A stretch of DNA of 64,000 nt from Myxococcales bacterium (GTDB lineage: Bacteria > Myxococcota_A > Polyangia > Fen-1088). Numbering within the stretch: the first letter of the stretch is position 1; each line of letters opens with the position of its first letter. Both the position numbers and the translations under genes were made by a program. Below, piece after piece: positions 29,305 to 39,760 of this stretch. The notes beneath the pieces were generated by a model, which saw nothing but the letters and a program-made list of their open reading frames with translations, had not been told where the DNA came from and did no database searches. Location: assembly GCA_003153015.1 (NCBI GenBank), contig PMBS01000254.1, positions 9,568 through 73,567 of the forward strand, written 5' to 3'.

Positions 29305-31212
29305 ATGATTCGATATGCACAAGGAATACTTACCGTTCGCGGCCGGAAGCTAGGCACTCTCGTCTTGACTGGCGCGGTCGCCGCTTTCGCTTTGGCTGGA
29401 TGCAGCAGCGGTAGTAGTGAAAATCCGGGGAACCCGAAGGATGCAAGCCCGCCCAAGCAAGACACGGCGCAGCCTCCTGCAGATGTCGGCACGGGCGGCA
29501 CCGGGGGCGGGATGGGCGGTGCGGGAGGGGCCGGGGGCATGGATGCGTCACCGGATCGAGCCCCTCTAGGCGGAGCCGACAGTGGTGTTGATGCGGCCCC
29601 GGCCGATCGGCTCCCTGTCAACCCGGACGTTGCTGCTGGCGAGGCTGGCGCACCGGATGGGCTCTCGCCCAACCTAGACGTTCCTGCTGGCGATGCTGGC
29701 GCACCCGACGCGCTCCTGCCGAAGGACGTTCTCGCCAGCGATGCTGGCGCACCCGACGCGCCCTCGCCCAAGGACGGTCTCGCCCCCGATGGCGGCGGAA
29801 CCGCGTCGGATGGTGGCGGCGGGGAGGCAGGCTCCGGCACGTGCCCAAGTCCTGTGCATGCCTGGGCCTATCCGGTTGGGCAGTTCAACTCAATTGCTTG
29901 GGACCGGGACGGAAGCCTGGTTACCACAGCCTTGTTCAATTTCTCTACCACGAGCTTCGCCGGCCACCCGGTGACCAACGCGGGCGGCTCCGACCTGCTG
30001 GTCGCCAAGCTCGATCCTGCCACCGGCAACGCGACTTGGGTATTCACCGCTGGTGATTCCAACGATCAGACTGGCTACAAAGTGGAAGTGACCAGTAGTA
30101 ATTTGGCTGTGATTGGAAACTTCACCGGGACCCTGGACATCGATCCCGTGAATGGTGTGATTCCGCCGATTGTCAATGCAGGCACCACGCCAGTCGACTT
30201 CATCGTGGGCCTGAATGACAGCGACGGCACAGGGGCATGGTCCAAGAAGGTCGACCTGGGTGGGGGCCAGCTTTCTGCAGTGGCGGGCAACCGGGGCAAG
30301 GACTACTTCCTTGTTTGCGGCGCAGCGGCGAAGAAACCGACCACTCTCGCGGCGAGTGGAACGCTGGGCGGTGGGCAGGACGTGATCGTGGCTGCGATCA
30401 AGGCCAGCGATGGCACCGTCGTGTGGGCCAAGCTGTTCGGGGGCGCTATGGATCAAGCGTGCTACGCCGCAGCCCTTGATGACAGCGGAAATGCCTACTT
30501 CGCTGGCAGCTACGCCGGGACTCTCGACTTCGGGCTCGGCGCCCTCACGCCTGCCCCGACTGGTGCCAGTGATCAAATCGCCTGGGTGGCCAAGCTGAGC
30601 GGAGCGGACGGGACCGCCATCGCGACCAACACCTTCGGCACGTCGGGCCAGGTGAGACCCGAGAGCATGACGCTCGACCCTCAAGGTGCCTTGATCGTGA
30701 CTGGCGGGATCGGCGCGGCGGCGACCTTCGGGGATCGAACCTTGACCCCTTCCGGCAAAACGGATGCGTTTGTTGCCAAGCTCAGCCCATCCACCTTGGT
30801 TCCCTTGTGGGCGCGGAACATGGGCGGCAGCGGCACGGCCGTAGCCAGTGGCAAAGGCGCAGGGGTGGATTCGGCTGGCAACGTCACAGTGGTGGGCACT
30901 TTCAATGTTTCTCTCAAGGTGGGCCCGGGCGATGCGGCGTTGGTGCCCGCCGCGCAGGTCTCCGAGACCTGGGTGGCTACGCTGAACGGCACCGACGGGC
31001 AGACCCTGTGCGCCCATGGCTACGGGGATTCTTCGTCGACTGGCGGCGGGGCGTATGCCATCGCAATCAACCCTGGCGCTGCCGGGGCCAACAAGGATCG
31101 CGCGGCCATCGTCGGCTTCTTCGGCAAGGTCATCGACTTTGGTGCCCCGACCACGGCGCTGAGCGCGGTGGCGCAGAACACCCCGGTCACCGCGTATCTG
31201 CTAGAGATGTAG
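29305..31212 (+). CDS. Surface lipoprotein: DAG/DAP repeat linker plus beta-propeller-like (SBBP-like) domain
   Basis: GAGGA RBS, lipobox LAGC; DLLVAKLD, WAKLFGG, DAFVAKL blades. Confidence 0.8.
   Translation: MIRYAQGILTVRGRKLGTLVLTGAVAAFALAGCSSGSSENPGNPKDASPPKQDTAQPPADVGTGGTGGGMGGAGGAGGMDASPDRAPLGGADSGVDAAPADRLPVNPDVAAGEAGAPDGLSPNLDVPAGDAGAPDALLPKDVLASDAGAPDAPSPKDGLAPDGGGTASDGGGGEAGSGTCPSPVHAWAYPVGQFNSIAWDRDGSLVTTALFNFSTTSFAGHPVTNAGGSDLLVAKLDPATGNATWVFTAGDSNDQTGYKVEVTSSNLAVIGNFTGTLDIDPVNGVIPPIVNAGTTPVDFIVGLNDSDGTGAWSKKVDLGGGQLSAVAGNRGKDYFLVCGAAAKKPTTLAASGTLGGGQDVIVAAIKASDGTVVWAKLFGGAMDQACYAAALDDSGNAYFAGSYAGTLDFGLGALTPAPTGASDQIAWVAKLSGADGTAIATNTFGTSGQVRPESMTLDPQGALIVTGGIGAAATFGDRTLTPSGKTDAFVAKLSPSTLVPLWARNMGGSGTAVASGKGAGVDSAGNVTVVGTFNVSLKVGPGDAALVPAAQVSETWVATLNGTDGQTLCAHGYGDSSSTGGGAYAIAINPGAAGANKDRAAIVGFFGKVIDFGAPTTALSAVAQNTPVTAYLLEM
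29626..29790 (+). repeat. In-frame tandem repeat (about 48-51 bp unit) encoding DVxAGDAGAPDxxxP(K/N)
   Basis: GCTGGCGCACC recurs three times with flanking similarity. Confidence 0.8.
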
Positions 31213-31298
31213 GGTGAAGCAGGGCGGGGCGCTCGATGGGACCGTAATCCAGCGGCTGTAGGCCATACCCCCCAACCATCTACGAGACGAATACCGCC

Positions 31299-33629
31299 GT
31301 GGCATCCAGCAAATCGCCACTTCACCATGGCCGCTTACCGGCGTCCATCATCGTCTTCTTGGGGCTGGCCGCTTCTTGCAAGAGCACGCCCCAAGAAAAG
31401 ATCGATGCCGGTCAGCGCAGGTATTGCAGCGCTTCGCTGGACGGGGGATCGGACGTCCGTGTCCGCGAGAGTGGAACAACCGACTTGTCCACCGATTCGC
31501 CTGACCTGGGCTCGGGCAACGAGGTCAGCACTCCGGATTTGTCGCCCCCGGCAGTCGACGGTCGCGCAGCGGACTCGGCTGAGGCGGGCGGTGGCGACAG
31601 CCGCGGTGGCGGGATAGATCTGGCCTTGTCGGATGCGCGGGACCGGGCGAATGAGGTGGGCGGCACGGGTGGCAGCACCGGCGAAGGCGGCAGTACTGGC
31701 ACGGGAGGCAGTGGTGGCGAGGGTGGCAGTACTGCCACTGGTGGCACCAGCGGCAGCGGTGGTACCGGCGATGCGCGTGGGCTCGACGCACCCTCGATCA
31801 GCGGCGGCGATGGCGGCGGCGACGTTTCCGTTGACCGCGGTTCGCCAGACCTGGCTCGGGATGCGCCGGCGGCCGATGTGGGCAGCGTCTATGACGTCTA
31901 TGACGTGCAAAGTGTCTACGACGCCTACCCGGATGCACCGGCAGATGCGCCCATGGCCGCTGATGTGGGCGCGGTCACGGACGCGCCCACAGTCGTGGAT
32001 CTCGGTCCCGACGCCGCCCCTGACGGCGCTGCCCTGACCTGCAGCACCGGCGGGGTGAGTTGGGCCAAGGCCTGGGACCCCCGCACGGTCAGCTTGATCA
32101 GGTCGGCGGTGTCTCCCGCCGGGATCCCGTGGGCTACCGGCTATTTTAGTGCAGCCACGGACTTTGGCACGGGAACACCGCTGCCGTCTTCCGCCAGCGG
32201 GGACACCGATGCATTCTTGGTCAAGCTGGACCCTTTGTCGGGGCTGGCCACTCAGGCCTTCAGCTTCAGCGATCCCAGCGGCAGAGACCAGATTGGGACC
32301 GGAGTAGCGGTCGCCCAGCCGGGAAACGTGGTGGTCACCGGCAATTACTACGGTGAAATCGACTTCACAGCGGTTGGCAGCGGCGATACCGGCACCAGCG
32401 GTGTTGACTATCTGGCGAAATCATCTGTCGTCCAGGCAGCCGCCATGAACTTCTACATTGTGGTGGATGGCGCGTCGTCTGGTCAGTACGTGACGCCTAT
32501 CAAGGCGCACAACATCGACGTGGGCACGGGCGCGATCGTGGCCGTCGCGTCCAACCCCAGCCAGAATAGCGTCGCTTTTTGCGGCAAGACCAGCAGGCTT
32601 GTCGATGCCTACACCACGGGCGCCAGCAACACTGGGTTGCGCACCGCTGGCAACTATGGCACGGGCGGCACCGGCCTTGCCGCTGCCACCTACGGCGGGA
32701 GCATGGACATCGTGGTAGCCGTGATCGACGCGAGCAACGACCCGAACAGCGTCGGCAAAGTCATCTGGGGCAGGCAGTTTGGTGGCGCAGGCGACCAGGC
32801 CTGTGAGTCCGTGGCCATGGACAGCGCCGGCAACGTGGCCATTGCCGGTAGCTACAATGGGACCTTGTTCTTCGACCCGACGAATGCGGCTCTCCAACTC
32901 GACGCTGGGAGCACCAGCGGCTCTCTCGCGCTTCCGTTCGTGGCCGTTCTGGACCCGAACGGGACGCCAGTACACGCCGCGAGCTGGGGCACCAGCGGCC
33001 TCTCGGATGTCAATGGCATAGCGTTTGATAGCAGCTCGCCAGCCAATATCGTCATCGGGGGATCCCTCGGTGCCACCATCACCATGACCATCAACTCCCA
33101 GCCGGTGCAGGTTGTCGACCTGGGCAAGACAGACGGCTTTGTGGCCAAGCTGAACTCCAGCCTGGTTCCGCAGTGGGCCATGTCGTTCGGCGACGCCGCC
33201 TACGATCAGAAGGTCCACGCTTTGGCCCTGTCGTCGAGCGGCAACGTGTTCATCGGTGGAAACTTTGAGGGCACGCTCAACGGGCTCAACGGTCTGACTT
33301 CAAACGGCAACGCCACGTACGACGCCTTCAGCGCGGAGCTCTCTGGGGCTGACGGCTCCGTGGTCTGCGCGCAACCGTACGGGGATGCCGAAGGGACACA
33401 GGATGTCTTTGCGCTTACTGTGGCCAGTGCCGCGACCGGGCCTTTGGCCGACTCTGTGATGATCGGCGGAAGTTTCAGCAACACCATCGCGCTGGGCTCC
33501 GCCACCCTGTGGAGTCCAGGCAACGTCTGCACTGTGCAAGCGGACTGCAAGAGCGGCGCGAGCTGTAGCAACGGGCACTGCGCAAGTGCCGGCACTAGCA
33601 GGAGCTTCATAGCCCGCCTTGGCCCCTAG
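31299..33629 (+). CDS. Surface lipoprotein: Gly/Ser/Thr/Asp linker plus beta-propeller-like domain
   Basis: Lipobox AASC; GGSTG repeats; DAFLVKLD, WGRQFGG, DGFVAKL; C-terminal half closely matches 42949-46467. Confidence 0.8.
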   Translation: MASSKSPLHHGRLPASIIVFLGLAASCKSTPQEKIDAGQRRYCSASLDGGSDVRVRESGTTDLSTDSPDLGSGNEVSTPDLSPPAVDGRAADSAEAGGGDSRGGGIDLALSDARDRANEVGGTGGSTGEGGSTGTGGSGGEGGSTATGGTSGSGGTGDARGLDAPSISGGDGGGDVSVDRGSPDLARDAPAADVGSVYDVYDVQSVYDAYPDAPADAPMAADVGAVTDAPTVVDLGPDAAPDGAALTCSTGGVSWAKAWDPRTVSLIRSAVSPAGIPWATGYFSAATDFGTGTPLPSSASGDTDAFLVKLDPLSGLATQAFSFSDPSGRDQIGTGVAVAQPGNVVVTGNYYGEIDFTAVGSGDTGTSGVDYLAKSSVVQAAAMNFYIVVDGASSGQYVTPIKAHNIDVGTGAIVAVASNPSQNSVAFCGKTSRLVDAYTTGASNTGLRTAGNYGTGGTGLAAATYGGSMDIVVAVIDASNDPNSVGKVIWGRQFGGAGDQACESVAMDSAGNVAIAGSYNGTLFFDPTNAALQLDAGSTSGSLALPFVAVLDPNGTPVHAASWGTSGLSDVNGIAFDSSSPANIVIGGSLGATITMTINSQPVQVVDLGKTDGFVAKLNSSLVPQWAMSFGDAAYDQKVHALALSSSGNVFIGGNFEGTLNGLNGLTSNGNATYDAFSAELSGADGSVVCAQPYGDAEGTQDVFALTVASAATGPLADSVMIGGSFSNTIALGSATLWSPGNVCTVQADCKSGASCSNGHCASAGTSRSFIARLGP

Positions 33630-33741
33630 CACGACTGATTGAGATTCTCCCGTCGCGGTCGCTGCTACGGCCCCCGCCCGCTGCCTCAGAGAATATGGCT
33701 TGGCAAAGGCGAGCCGGGGGTGATTATCATCGCGGCGTCCG

Positions 33742-35595
33742 ATGCCGAACCGATGGCTCATAGCCGCCCTGGCAGGATTGCTGCTGCTAACCGTGGTGGT
33801 CTATGCGCCAGGGCTTCACGGCGAGTTCCAATTCGATGACGTGCGTGCGGTGCAGTTCAACCAGAGTATTCGCCGCTTCGACAACTTCACTCACGCCCAG
33901 TCGCTCATGGACATGGTTCGGGGTAGGCGCGTCCTCACCGATCTTACCTTTGCCATCGATTACCATATTGCGGGCAACGATCCATTTGCATTTCACGCGA
34001 CCAATTTGGGCATTCACCTCGCTGTCATTCTGCTGGTGTTCTTCTTCACGCGCAGGATGCTCAAGCTCAGCGGTGCCTTGGGCGGCGATTTCTTGGCTTT
34101 GGCGGTGACTGCGGTATTCGCGTTGCATCCGCTGCAGACCCAGGCGGTGGCCTACGTCTCGCAACGGGCAGAGTCGCTGGCTTCTGCCTTCTACCTAGCC
34201 TCACTTCTGTCGTTGTTGGCGGCCGAGCGGCGCGGACGTTGCGCGGCTGGCGCCAGGCTCTACGCCGCTTCGTTTGCCTTGTTCGCGCTCGGGCTCGGCG
34301 CCAAAGTCATCGTGGCCACTCTTCCCGTCGCCTATCTATTGATGGGACTTCTGCCCGGTCCCCATGGCCTGCTGGCGCGCCGGTTGCGACGACTGGCGCT
34401 GGCCGCACCCTTTCTTGCCTACGCGCTGTTGACGACGGTTTTGACGGTGCCGAACTTGAAAGGAGAGGATGCGGGTTTCTTCATCCCGTTCATGCCACCG
34501 GGCCGCTATTTTCTGACCCAGTTGCACGTTCTCGTGACCTATCTGCGCCTGCTCTTTTGGCCGGCTGGCCAAAATGTGGATTGGGACTTCCCAGTGGCGC
34601 GCGGCCTGGCCGATCCAGCCGTACTCGGCTCTGGCTTTCTTCTCATCGTCCTGCTTGCGGGCGCGGGAATTCTCTTCTTCCGATGCCACTCGCGCACGGA
34701 CAGGGCAGGCGCGGCGGGACGAGCGGCCGGGTTTGGCGTGGCCTGGTTCTTTCTCGTCCTGGCCCCCACTTCCAGCGTGGTGCCCCTCGCCGACGTCGTG
34801 ATGGAGCATCGGCTCTATCTCGCATCTTGGGGCGTGCTTTTTGCAGTGGCAGTGCCGGCCACCGGCTTCGCCGCGCGCCTGCACCTGCAGGGCCTTTCGC
34901 GTTTCGGGGTGGCCGCGGTGGTGGGGCTATGCGCAGTTCTCGCCATGACCACTTACCTTCGCGTCGGGTTGTGGAGGTCGAAACTGCAGCTCTGGTCGGA
35001 CGCGGTGGCGAAGTCACCGCACAAGGCGCGCACACACCTTGGATTAGGGAATGCCTATCGTCTGGCAGGCCAGTTCCAACCGGCCATCGACGAGTATATG
35101 AACGCGCTGAATCTGGCGGGCAATGACCCGACTTGGGTGCGAAACAGCATCCGCGAAAAGCTTGCCGCGGCTCTGCTGTGGCAGGCACGTAGTGAAGAGG
35201 CCATCGCCGCGCTCCAGGCGGGCTTGGCAGAGGATCCGAACCACAGCGCCTTGCTCGGTACCCTGGCCATGGCCTATCTGCAGCGACACGAGCTGGCGCA
35301 GGCCGAGGCGGCGGCAGAGCAATCTGTGCGCACGTCTCCCAGACCTGCATCCTCCCTGCTCGTGTTGGGCATGGTTCGCACGCAGAGGGGCGACCAGGCG
35401 GGTGCGACAGACGCATTCGCACGAGCGGTGAAATTGGAACCCGACGAGTTGCAGGGGAGCCGCCTGCTCGCCCAGGCGTATCGCGCGCAGGGGCGCACCC
35501 GGGAGGCTTGCGATGTCTTGCGCTCCTTCCGAGAGCCGAACCTGGAGCAGCATGAGCAATTGCAGCAGGCAATGGCAGGCTGCCCGCCCCGCTGA
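33742..35595 (+). CDS. TMTC-like GT-C membrane glycosyltransferase with C-terminal TPR repeats
   Basis: FQFDD after the first TM, FHATNLGIH, FALHPLQTQAVAYVSQRAE, EHRLYL, LWSDAVAKSPHKAR, then TPR helices. Confidence 0.8.
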   Translation: MPNRWLIAALAGLLLLTVVVYAPGLHGEFQFDDVRAVQFNQSIRRFDNFTHAQSLMDMVRGRRVLTDLTFAIDYHIAGNDPFAFHATNLGIHLAVILLVFFFTRRMLKLSGALGGDFLALAVTAVFALHPLQTQAVAYVSQRAESLASAFYLASLLSLLAAERRGRCAAGARLYAASFALFALGLGAKVIVATLPVAYLLMGLLPGPHGLLARRLRRLALAAPFLAYALLTTVLTVPNLKGEDAGFFIPFMPPGRYFLTQLHVLVTYLRLLFWPAGQNVDWDFPVARGLADPAVLGSGFLLIVLLAGAGILFFRCHSRTDRAGAAGRAAGFGVAWFFLVLAPTSSVVPLADVVMEHRLYLASWGVLFAVAVPATGFAARLHLQGLSRFGVAAVVGLCAVLAMTTYLRVGLWRSKLQLWSDAVAKSPHKARTHLGLGNAYRLAGQFQPAIDEYMNALNLAGNDPTWVRNSIREKLAAALLWQARSEEAIAALQAGLAEDPNHSALLGTLAMAYLQRHELAQAEAAAEQSVRTSPRPASSLLVLGMVRTQRGDQAGATDAFARAVKLEPDELQGSRLLAQAYRAQGRTREACDVLRSFREPNLEQHEQLQQAMAGCPPR

Positions 35596-35781
35596 GCCAG
35601 GCTTCTGCCCGCTTCACCGACTCGCCGCGCCCGCGCCAGTTCCAGCTCGCCTGACTCTGACTGCGGCAGGCGCCGATTTTCTGTCGCTGATGGGGAGGTC
35701 GTCACCAAGGATCTCGGCTGGTGACGAGCAAGGCGGCGAGCGCAACCCGTGTTTGGCCGCTGGCTTGCGAGGCGGCCTTCA

Positions 35782-35799
35782 GTGTCGGAATTCCGACAC
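35782..35799. promoter_or_regulatory. Perfect 18-bp palindrome, candidate operator
   Basis: GTGTCGGAATTCCGACAC equals its own reverse complement; intergenic. Confidence 0.45.
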
Positions 35800-35978
35800 C
35801 CGAAGACGTCAGCTTTCCGTCGGGGAGAGATACATCCTGCGAGATTACTCATGCAGAAAATAGTAAGCAATATTTCTAAACATCCATGGCCGATGATCCG
35901 AACCTCCTTCTGTGACCGCTGGTTCGCAGTTCAGCAAACAGCACGAGCGCTGTGCCCCGCGACAGGAGGAGTTCCACC

Positions 35979-36731
35979 ATGCCCCATGCTCTTCGCGGAA
36001 GTGTTCTTCTGGCCCTGGTCATCGCTGTGACTCTGGGATGTGAAGGCCAGCCGCCGACAGACAGCCCGACACAACCTGCACTCAATAGCGCGCCCCTCTC
36101 GGCAACCGAGCCTGACCAAGGCACCGGCAAGGTTGAAATCGTGGTCAACTCCCCGCCGCGGGTGGATAGCATGACGAGTTCACCTGGACATGTGGCGAGC
36201 CACGCTCCCGTCACCCTGCAGGTCACGGCCAGCGACCCTGACCACGACCCGCTGGTCTTCGCGTGGACCAGCACCTGTCCCGGCACGTTCGATCGAACGG
36301 ATCGGGATCAGGTGACCTTCATCACCGGCACCCTGGCCACCGGCGCGGATTGCGCCTTCCAGGTTTCGCTGAGTGATGGCCATGGCGGAACCGCCACCGG
36401 CACGCTCGTCCTGTCGGCCGCCGTGCCGGTGATCAACATTGCCCCGACCATGGGCATCGTCTACCAGTCGACCGACGCTGCCGACGTGGGGGAGGTCGTC
36501 CTGTTGCACGCAAGTGCGACCGACCCGGAAGGCCAACCGCTGACCTGGATGTGGAAGGCCAGCGACGGCGCATTTTCGGATCAAGTCGACCAGGTCGGAT
36601 CTAGCGACGTGCGCTGGACCGCGCCCGCAACCCCAGGCGTCCGCTGCACCATAACCGCGACCGCCACGGACCCAGGAGGAGCCAGCGCATCCTGGGCCTT
36701 CAAGGTCCAGGTTCAGGGCGGGGGCGGATAG
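35979..36731 (+). CDS. Lipoprotein with two Ig/PKD/cadherin-like domains
   Basis: AGGAGG RBS, lipobox TLGC; VTASDPDHDPLVFAW, SATDPEGQPLTWMW. Confidence 0.8.
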   Translation: MPHALRGSVLLALVIAVTLGCEGQPPTDSPTQPALNSAPLSATEPDQGTGKVEIVVNSPPRVDSMTSSPGHVASHAPVTLQVTASDPDHDPLVFAWTSTCPGTFDRTDRDQVTFITGTLATGADCAFQVSLSDGHGGTATGTLVLSAAVPVINIAPTMGIVYQSTDAADVGEVVLLHASATDPEGQPLTWMWKASDGAFSDQVDQVGSSDVRWTAPATPGVRCTITATATDPGGASASWAFKVQVQGGGG

Positions 36732-36811
36732 CGGCTAGCCGGCGTCAAATCGCGGACCGTGCTCGATGATGCCGGTTTCCCTGGACGTACCGTTGGTGAG
36801 ACCTGCGCGGT

Positions 36812-38239
36812 CTACGGATGGTTGGCCGGGGTCAGCGAGAAGTTGAAGGACGACTGCAGATTCGACGCTGCGCTGGTCGCGCTGACCGTGACCACCACAT
36901 CGCTCGCCGCATTCTCGGCACCATCAGGAGCGGTCCAGGTGGCTGCGGTGGCAAAAGCCGGGTCGAGACCCATCGCCACCGGATCCCCCGCAACCGGGGC
37001 CGAGGCCGACGAGGCGGACCAGACAAAGCTCAATTGCCCGCCGGCAGGATCGGACGCCATGGCAGCGAAGGTCACTAGGCTCCCGCCGGTGGCAATGTCC
37101 CGTGATTGATAGGCAATGCCAAAGACCGGCGGCGTTTGCGCCACTACGGGATGGGTGGCGGCCAGGGTCAGACTGGCGGTGGAAACGTTCTTGACGAAGC
37201 TCGTACCCGGCCAGTACCCATCGCTTACCGCCACCAGGAAAGTACAAGAGGTGGTTCCCGCTGCTGTGCCGCTGACGGTGAACAGGGTCGAAGGCTCGGT
37301 CGGGGTTGCGAATTGGACTGTGCAGGGAGAAGCGGACGGTACGGTCCAAGAGTAGCTCAGAGTGTCGTTCTCCGGATCGGTGGCCTGAACTGCCATTACG
37401 CCGCTGGTCGGGCCGTCAACGGAGATCTGGGCGGGGTCGGCAGTGAGGACGTTGATGACGGGGGCGCCATTGAAGACCACCGAGACCCTGGCGCCCCCGA
37501 CTCCATCCGCGGTCGTCACGCTGACCACGAAAATCGCACTGTTGGCAAGGCCAAAGGCGTCCTTGACCACGAGAGTGATCGAGCATTTTTCATTTGCCTG
37601 CGGAGCTGTCCAGGTCGCCTGGGATTCGGAAGGATGGGCGAAATCCGTCCCTGAGACTGTGTGGACATCGGATATCGCGCCACATGCGGTCGCGGGAACC
37701 CAACTGAAAGCCAGCGTGGCGGTTTGGCCCGGATCCGGATCGTGCGCCGTGGCCCCGACCGTGATGTGGCCGCCCGGCTTGACTGAACTGGCAGACAGCG
37801 TGATCGCATCAATAAGGGGGCTGGAATTGTGGAAGGGCGACGGCTGTTCGATCTCGTTGAGGTAGATGATAACCGTGGTTGTGTGGCCCTTGCTGATGAC
37901 CACACCGGCCGCCACCCCGTGCGCGATGATCTTGCTGCCAGCCCCAAACGCTTCAGCGGTAAACACGTAGTCAGCCGCCACCGCCAGATTGCTAAGCACG
38001 GCCGAGAATTGATCGCCCTTGGCCGCCAGCGCCACTTTCATGGGACTTGAAAGTACACTGGGGGATTGTACCGTCAGCCTCACTTCGACCACGGGCAACG
38101 CGGTCAATGCGTGCGCCGTGACCTCGGCCGCCCCGCCGGCCGGGGAGGACGACTGGCAAGCGAGGAATGGTGATGCGCCGAGCGCAATCAGTAGCGCCAC
38201 CGCAGCCAGAATGCGCGATATTGATTCCGGCTGTGGCAT
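36812..38239 (-). CDS. Lipoprotein with shared N-terminal domain and three Ig/PKD-like domains
   Basis: Lipobox FLAC; N-terminal domain like 42949, 54713 and 55295; AHDPD, ATDPEND, ASDPAG motifs. Confidence 0.8.
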   Translation of the reverse strand: MPQPESISRILAAVALLIALGASPFLACQSSSPAGGAAEVTAHALTALPVVEVRLTVQSPSVLSSPMKVALAAKGDQFSAVLSNLAVAADYVFTAEAFGAGSKIIAHGVAAGVVISKGHTTTVIIYLNEIEQPSPFHNSSPLIDAITLSASSVKPGGHITVGATAHDPDPGQTATLAFSWVPATACGAISDVHTVSGTDFAHPSESQATWTAPQANEKCSITLVVKDAFGLANSAIFVVSVTTADGVGGARVSVVFNGAPVINVLTADPAQISVDGPTSGVMAVQATDPENDTLSYSWTVPSASPCTVQFATPTEPSTLFTVSGTAAGTTSCTFLVAVSDGYWPGTSFVKNVSTASLTLAATHPVVAQTPPVFGIAYQSRDIATGGSLVTFAAMASDPAGGQLSFVWSASSASAPVAGDPVAMGLDPAFATAATWTAPDGAENAASDVVVTVSATSAASNLQSSFNFSLTPANHP

Positions 38240-38242
38240 TTC

Positions 38243-39760
38243 CTACTGGGCTACACGGGTGGGAATCTCGCGCAGGTCGTTTGAACCAATGCCCAACTGA
38301 CCCGCCGAATTGTCGCCCCAGCACCACAGCGAGCCACCCGTGGCCAACGCGCAGGCGTGGGTGACGCCTGCGGCCACCATGGCCCAGGTCTGCCCGGATG
38401 TGACGACGGCAACCGGCGTGCTCCTCAAATTGACGGTGTTGTCCCCCAGTTGCCCCGAACTGTTGCTGCCCCAGCACCAGAGGGTACCGTCCAGCATGAT
38501 GGCACACGTGTGGGACTGACCGGCCGACACGCTCTGCCAGGTGGTGCCCGCGACCTGCACCGGATCGCTGGTTTGCGAGGTGGGGAGCACAGGAATGCTG
38601 TCGTTGCCCAGTTGGCCGGAGAGGTTCCCGCCCCAACACCAAAGGGTTCCATCGGGCTTGGTCGCGCAAGAGTGGTACAGGCCCGTCGTCACCTGCGCCC
38701 AGGTTCCGCTCAGCTGAACCGGTGACCAGGGGAACTGCGACTTGGTGCCAACCTCCAGATTGGCATTGAGGCCCCAGCACCAAAGGGTTCCGTCGGTCTT
38801 GACGGCGCACGCGTGCAAGTAGTTCGCACTTACCTGGCTCCAGCCTTGCCCGGTGACGTGAATGGGGACGGCACTCGAATTCGTGTCGCCGGTTCCGAGC
38901 GTGCCATTGGTATTGTCACCCCAGCACCAGAGGGTGCCGTCCTGCTTGATTGCGCAGGTTGAATACAGGCCGGCGGCCACGCTTTGCCAGGGCCCCCCGG
39001 GCACATCCGCCTGTCCAGCCGCTGCAGATCCAGGGACCGCCCCCAGTTGACCTGAACCGTTGTTGCCCCAACAGGACAGCGTGGCCTGGTTGCTCACCGC
39101 ACAGGAGTGGCTCTGTCCGCAAGCCACCTGATTCCACGCAGCACCCCCCACTGCGACCGGGGTCAAGCGGTTGAAGGTGCTGGGCAAGAGAAGTTGACCG
39201 TAGGTGTTGCTGCCCCAGCACCAGAGACTGCCATTCGAGCGGATTGCGCAGGTGCTCTCCTTGCCCACGGCCACCTGGGCAAAGGGAACGCCGCCGCCTG
39301 CGGTCGATTCCGGCGGGCCGGTAGTCCCGGCGTCGGGATACCCGGACTGACCGCTATCCACAGAACCTGAGGATGCCGGCGCAGTGGCAAGCGCAGCTAA
39401 TTGCACATTCAGGTCAATTCGTCCGCCCGCGACGACTTGACCGCTGACTGTGCCAGAACCCACGAGGGTGAACTTGTTGTCGATCGCCTCGACCTGCACC
39501 TGGATGGCACCACTGCGCGAACTTGGCAAGATCAACACCAGCGTGCTGGGAAACCCTAGCTCGCCAGCAGCGGTTTCGGGAATGATCTTCTGGAACTGGG
39601 CGGTGCCCGGGTTGCTGACGGTCACGCGAAGCTGGTAGACGCGAGGAACGTCGCAGTTCACGTCTGTGTGAAGCACCAAATACGAGTCCTTTTCGGACTG
39701 GCACGAAAGGCTGCACAGAACGACCGCTGCCGTGGAAAAGGTGGCCAGACGCGAAATCAT
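38243..39760 (-). CDS. RCC1-repeat beta-propeller lipoprotein
   Basis: Seven repeats of xCAxxxxGxLWCWGxNxxGQLG; lipobox SLSC; ATGA overlap with the upstream gene. Confidence 0.9.
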   Translation of the reverse strand: MISRLATFSTAAVVLCSLSCQSEKDSYLVLHTDVNCDVPRVYQLRVTVSNPGTAQFQKIIPETAAGELGFPSTLVLILPSSRSGAIQVQVEAIDNKFTLVGSGTVSGQVVAGGRIDLNVQLAALATAPASSGSVDSGQSGYPDAGTTGPPESTAGGGVPFAQVAVGKESTCAIRSNGSLWCWGSNTYGQLLLPSTFNRLTPVAVGGAAWNQVACGQSHSCAVSNQATLSCWGNNGSGQLGAVPGSAAAGQADVPGGPWQSVAAGLYSTCAIKQDGTLWCWGDNTNGTLGTGDTNSSAVPIHVTGQGWSQVSANYLHACAVKTDGTLWCWGLNANLEVGTKSQFPWSPVQLSGTWAQVTTGLYHSCATKPDGTLWCWGGNLSGQLGNDSIPVLPTSQTSDPVQVAGTTWQSVSAGQSHTCAIMLDGTLWCWGSNSSGQLGDNTVNLRSTPVAVVTSGQTWAMVAAGVTHACALATGGSLWCWGDNSAGQLGIGSNDLREIPTRVAQ

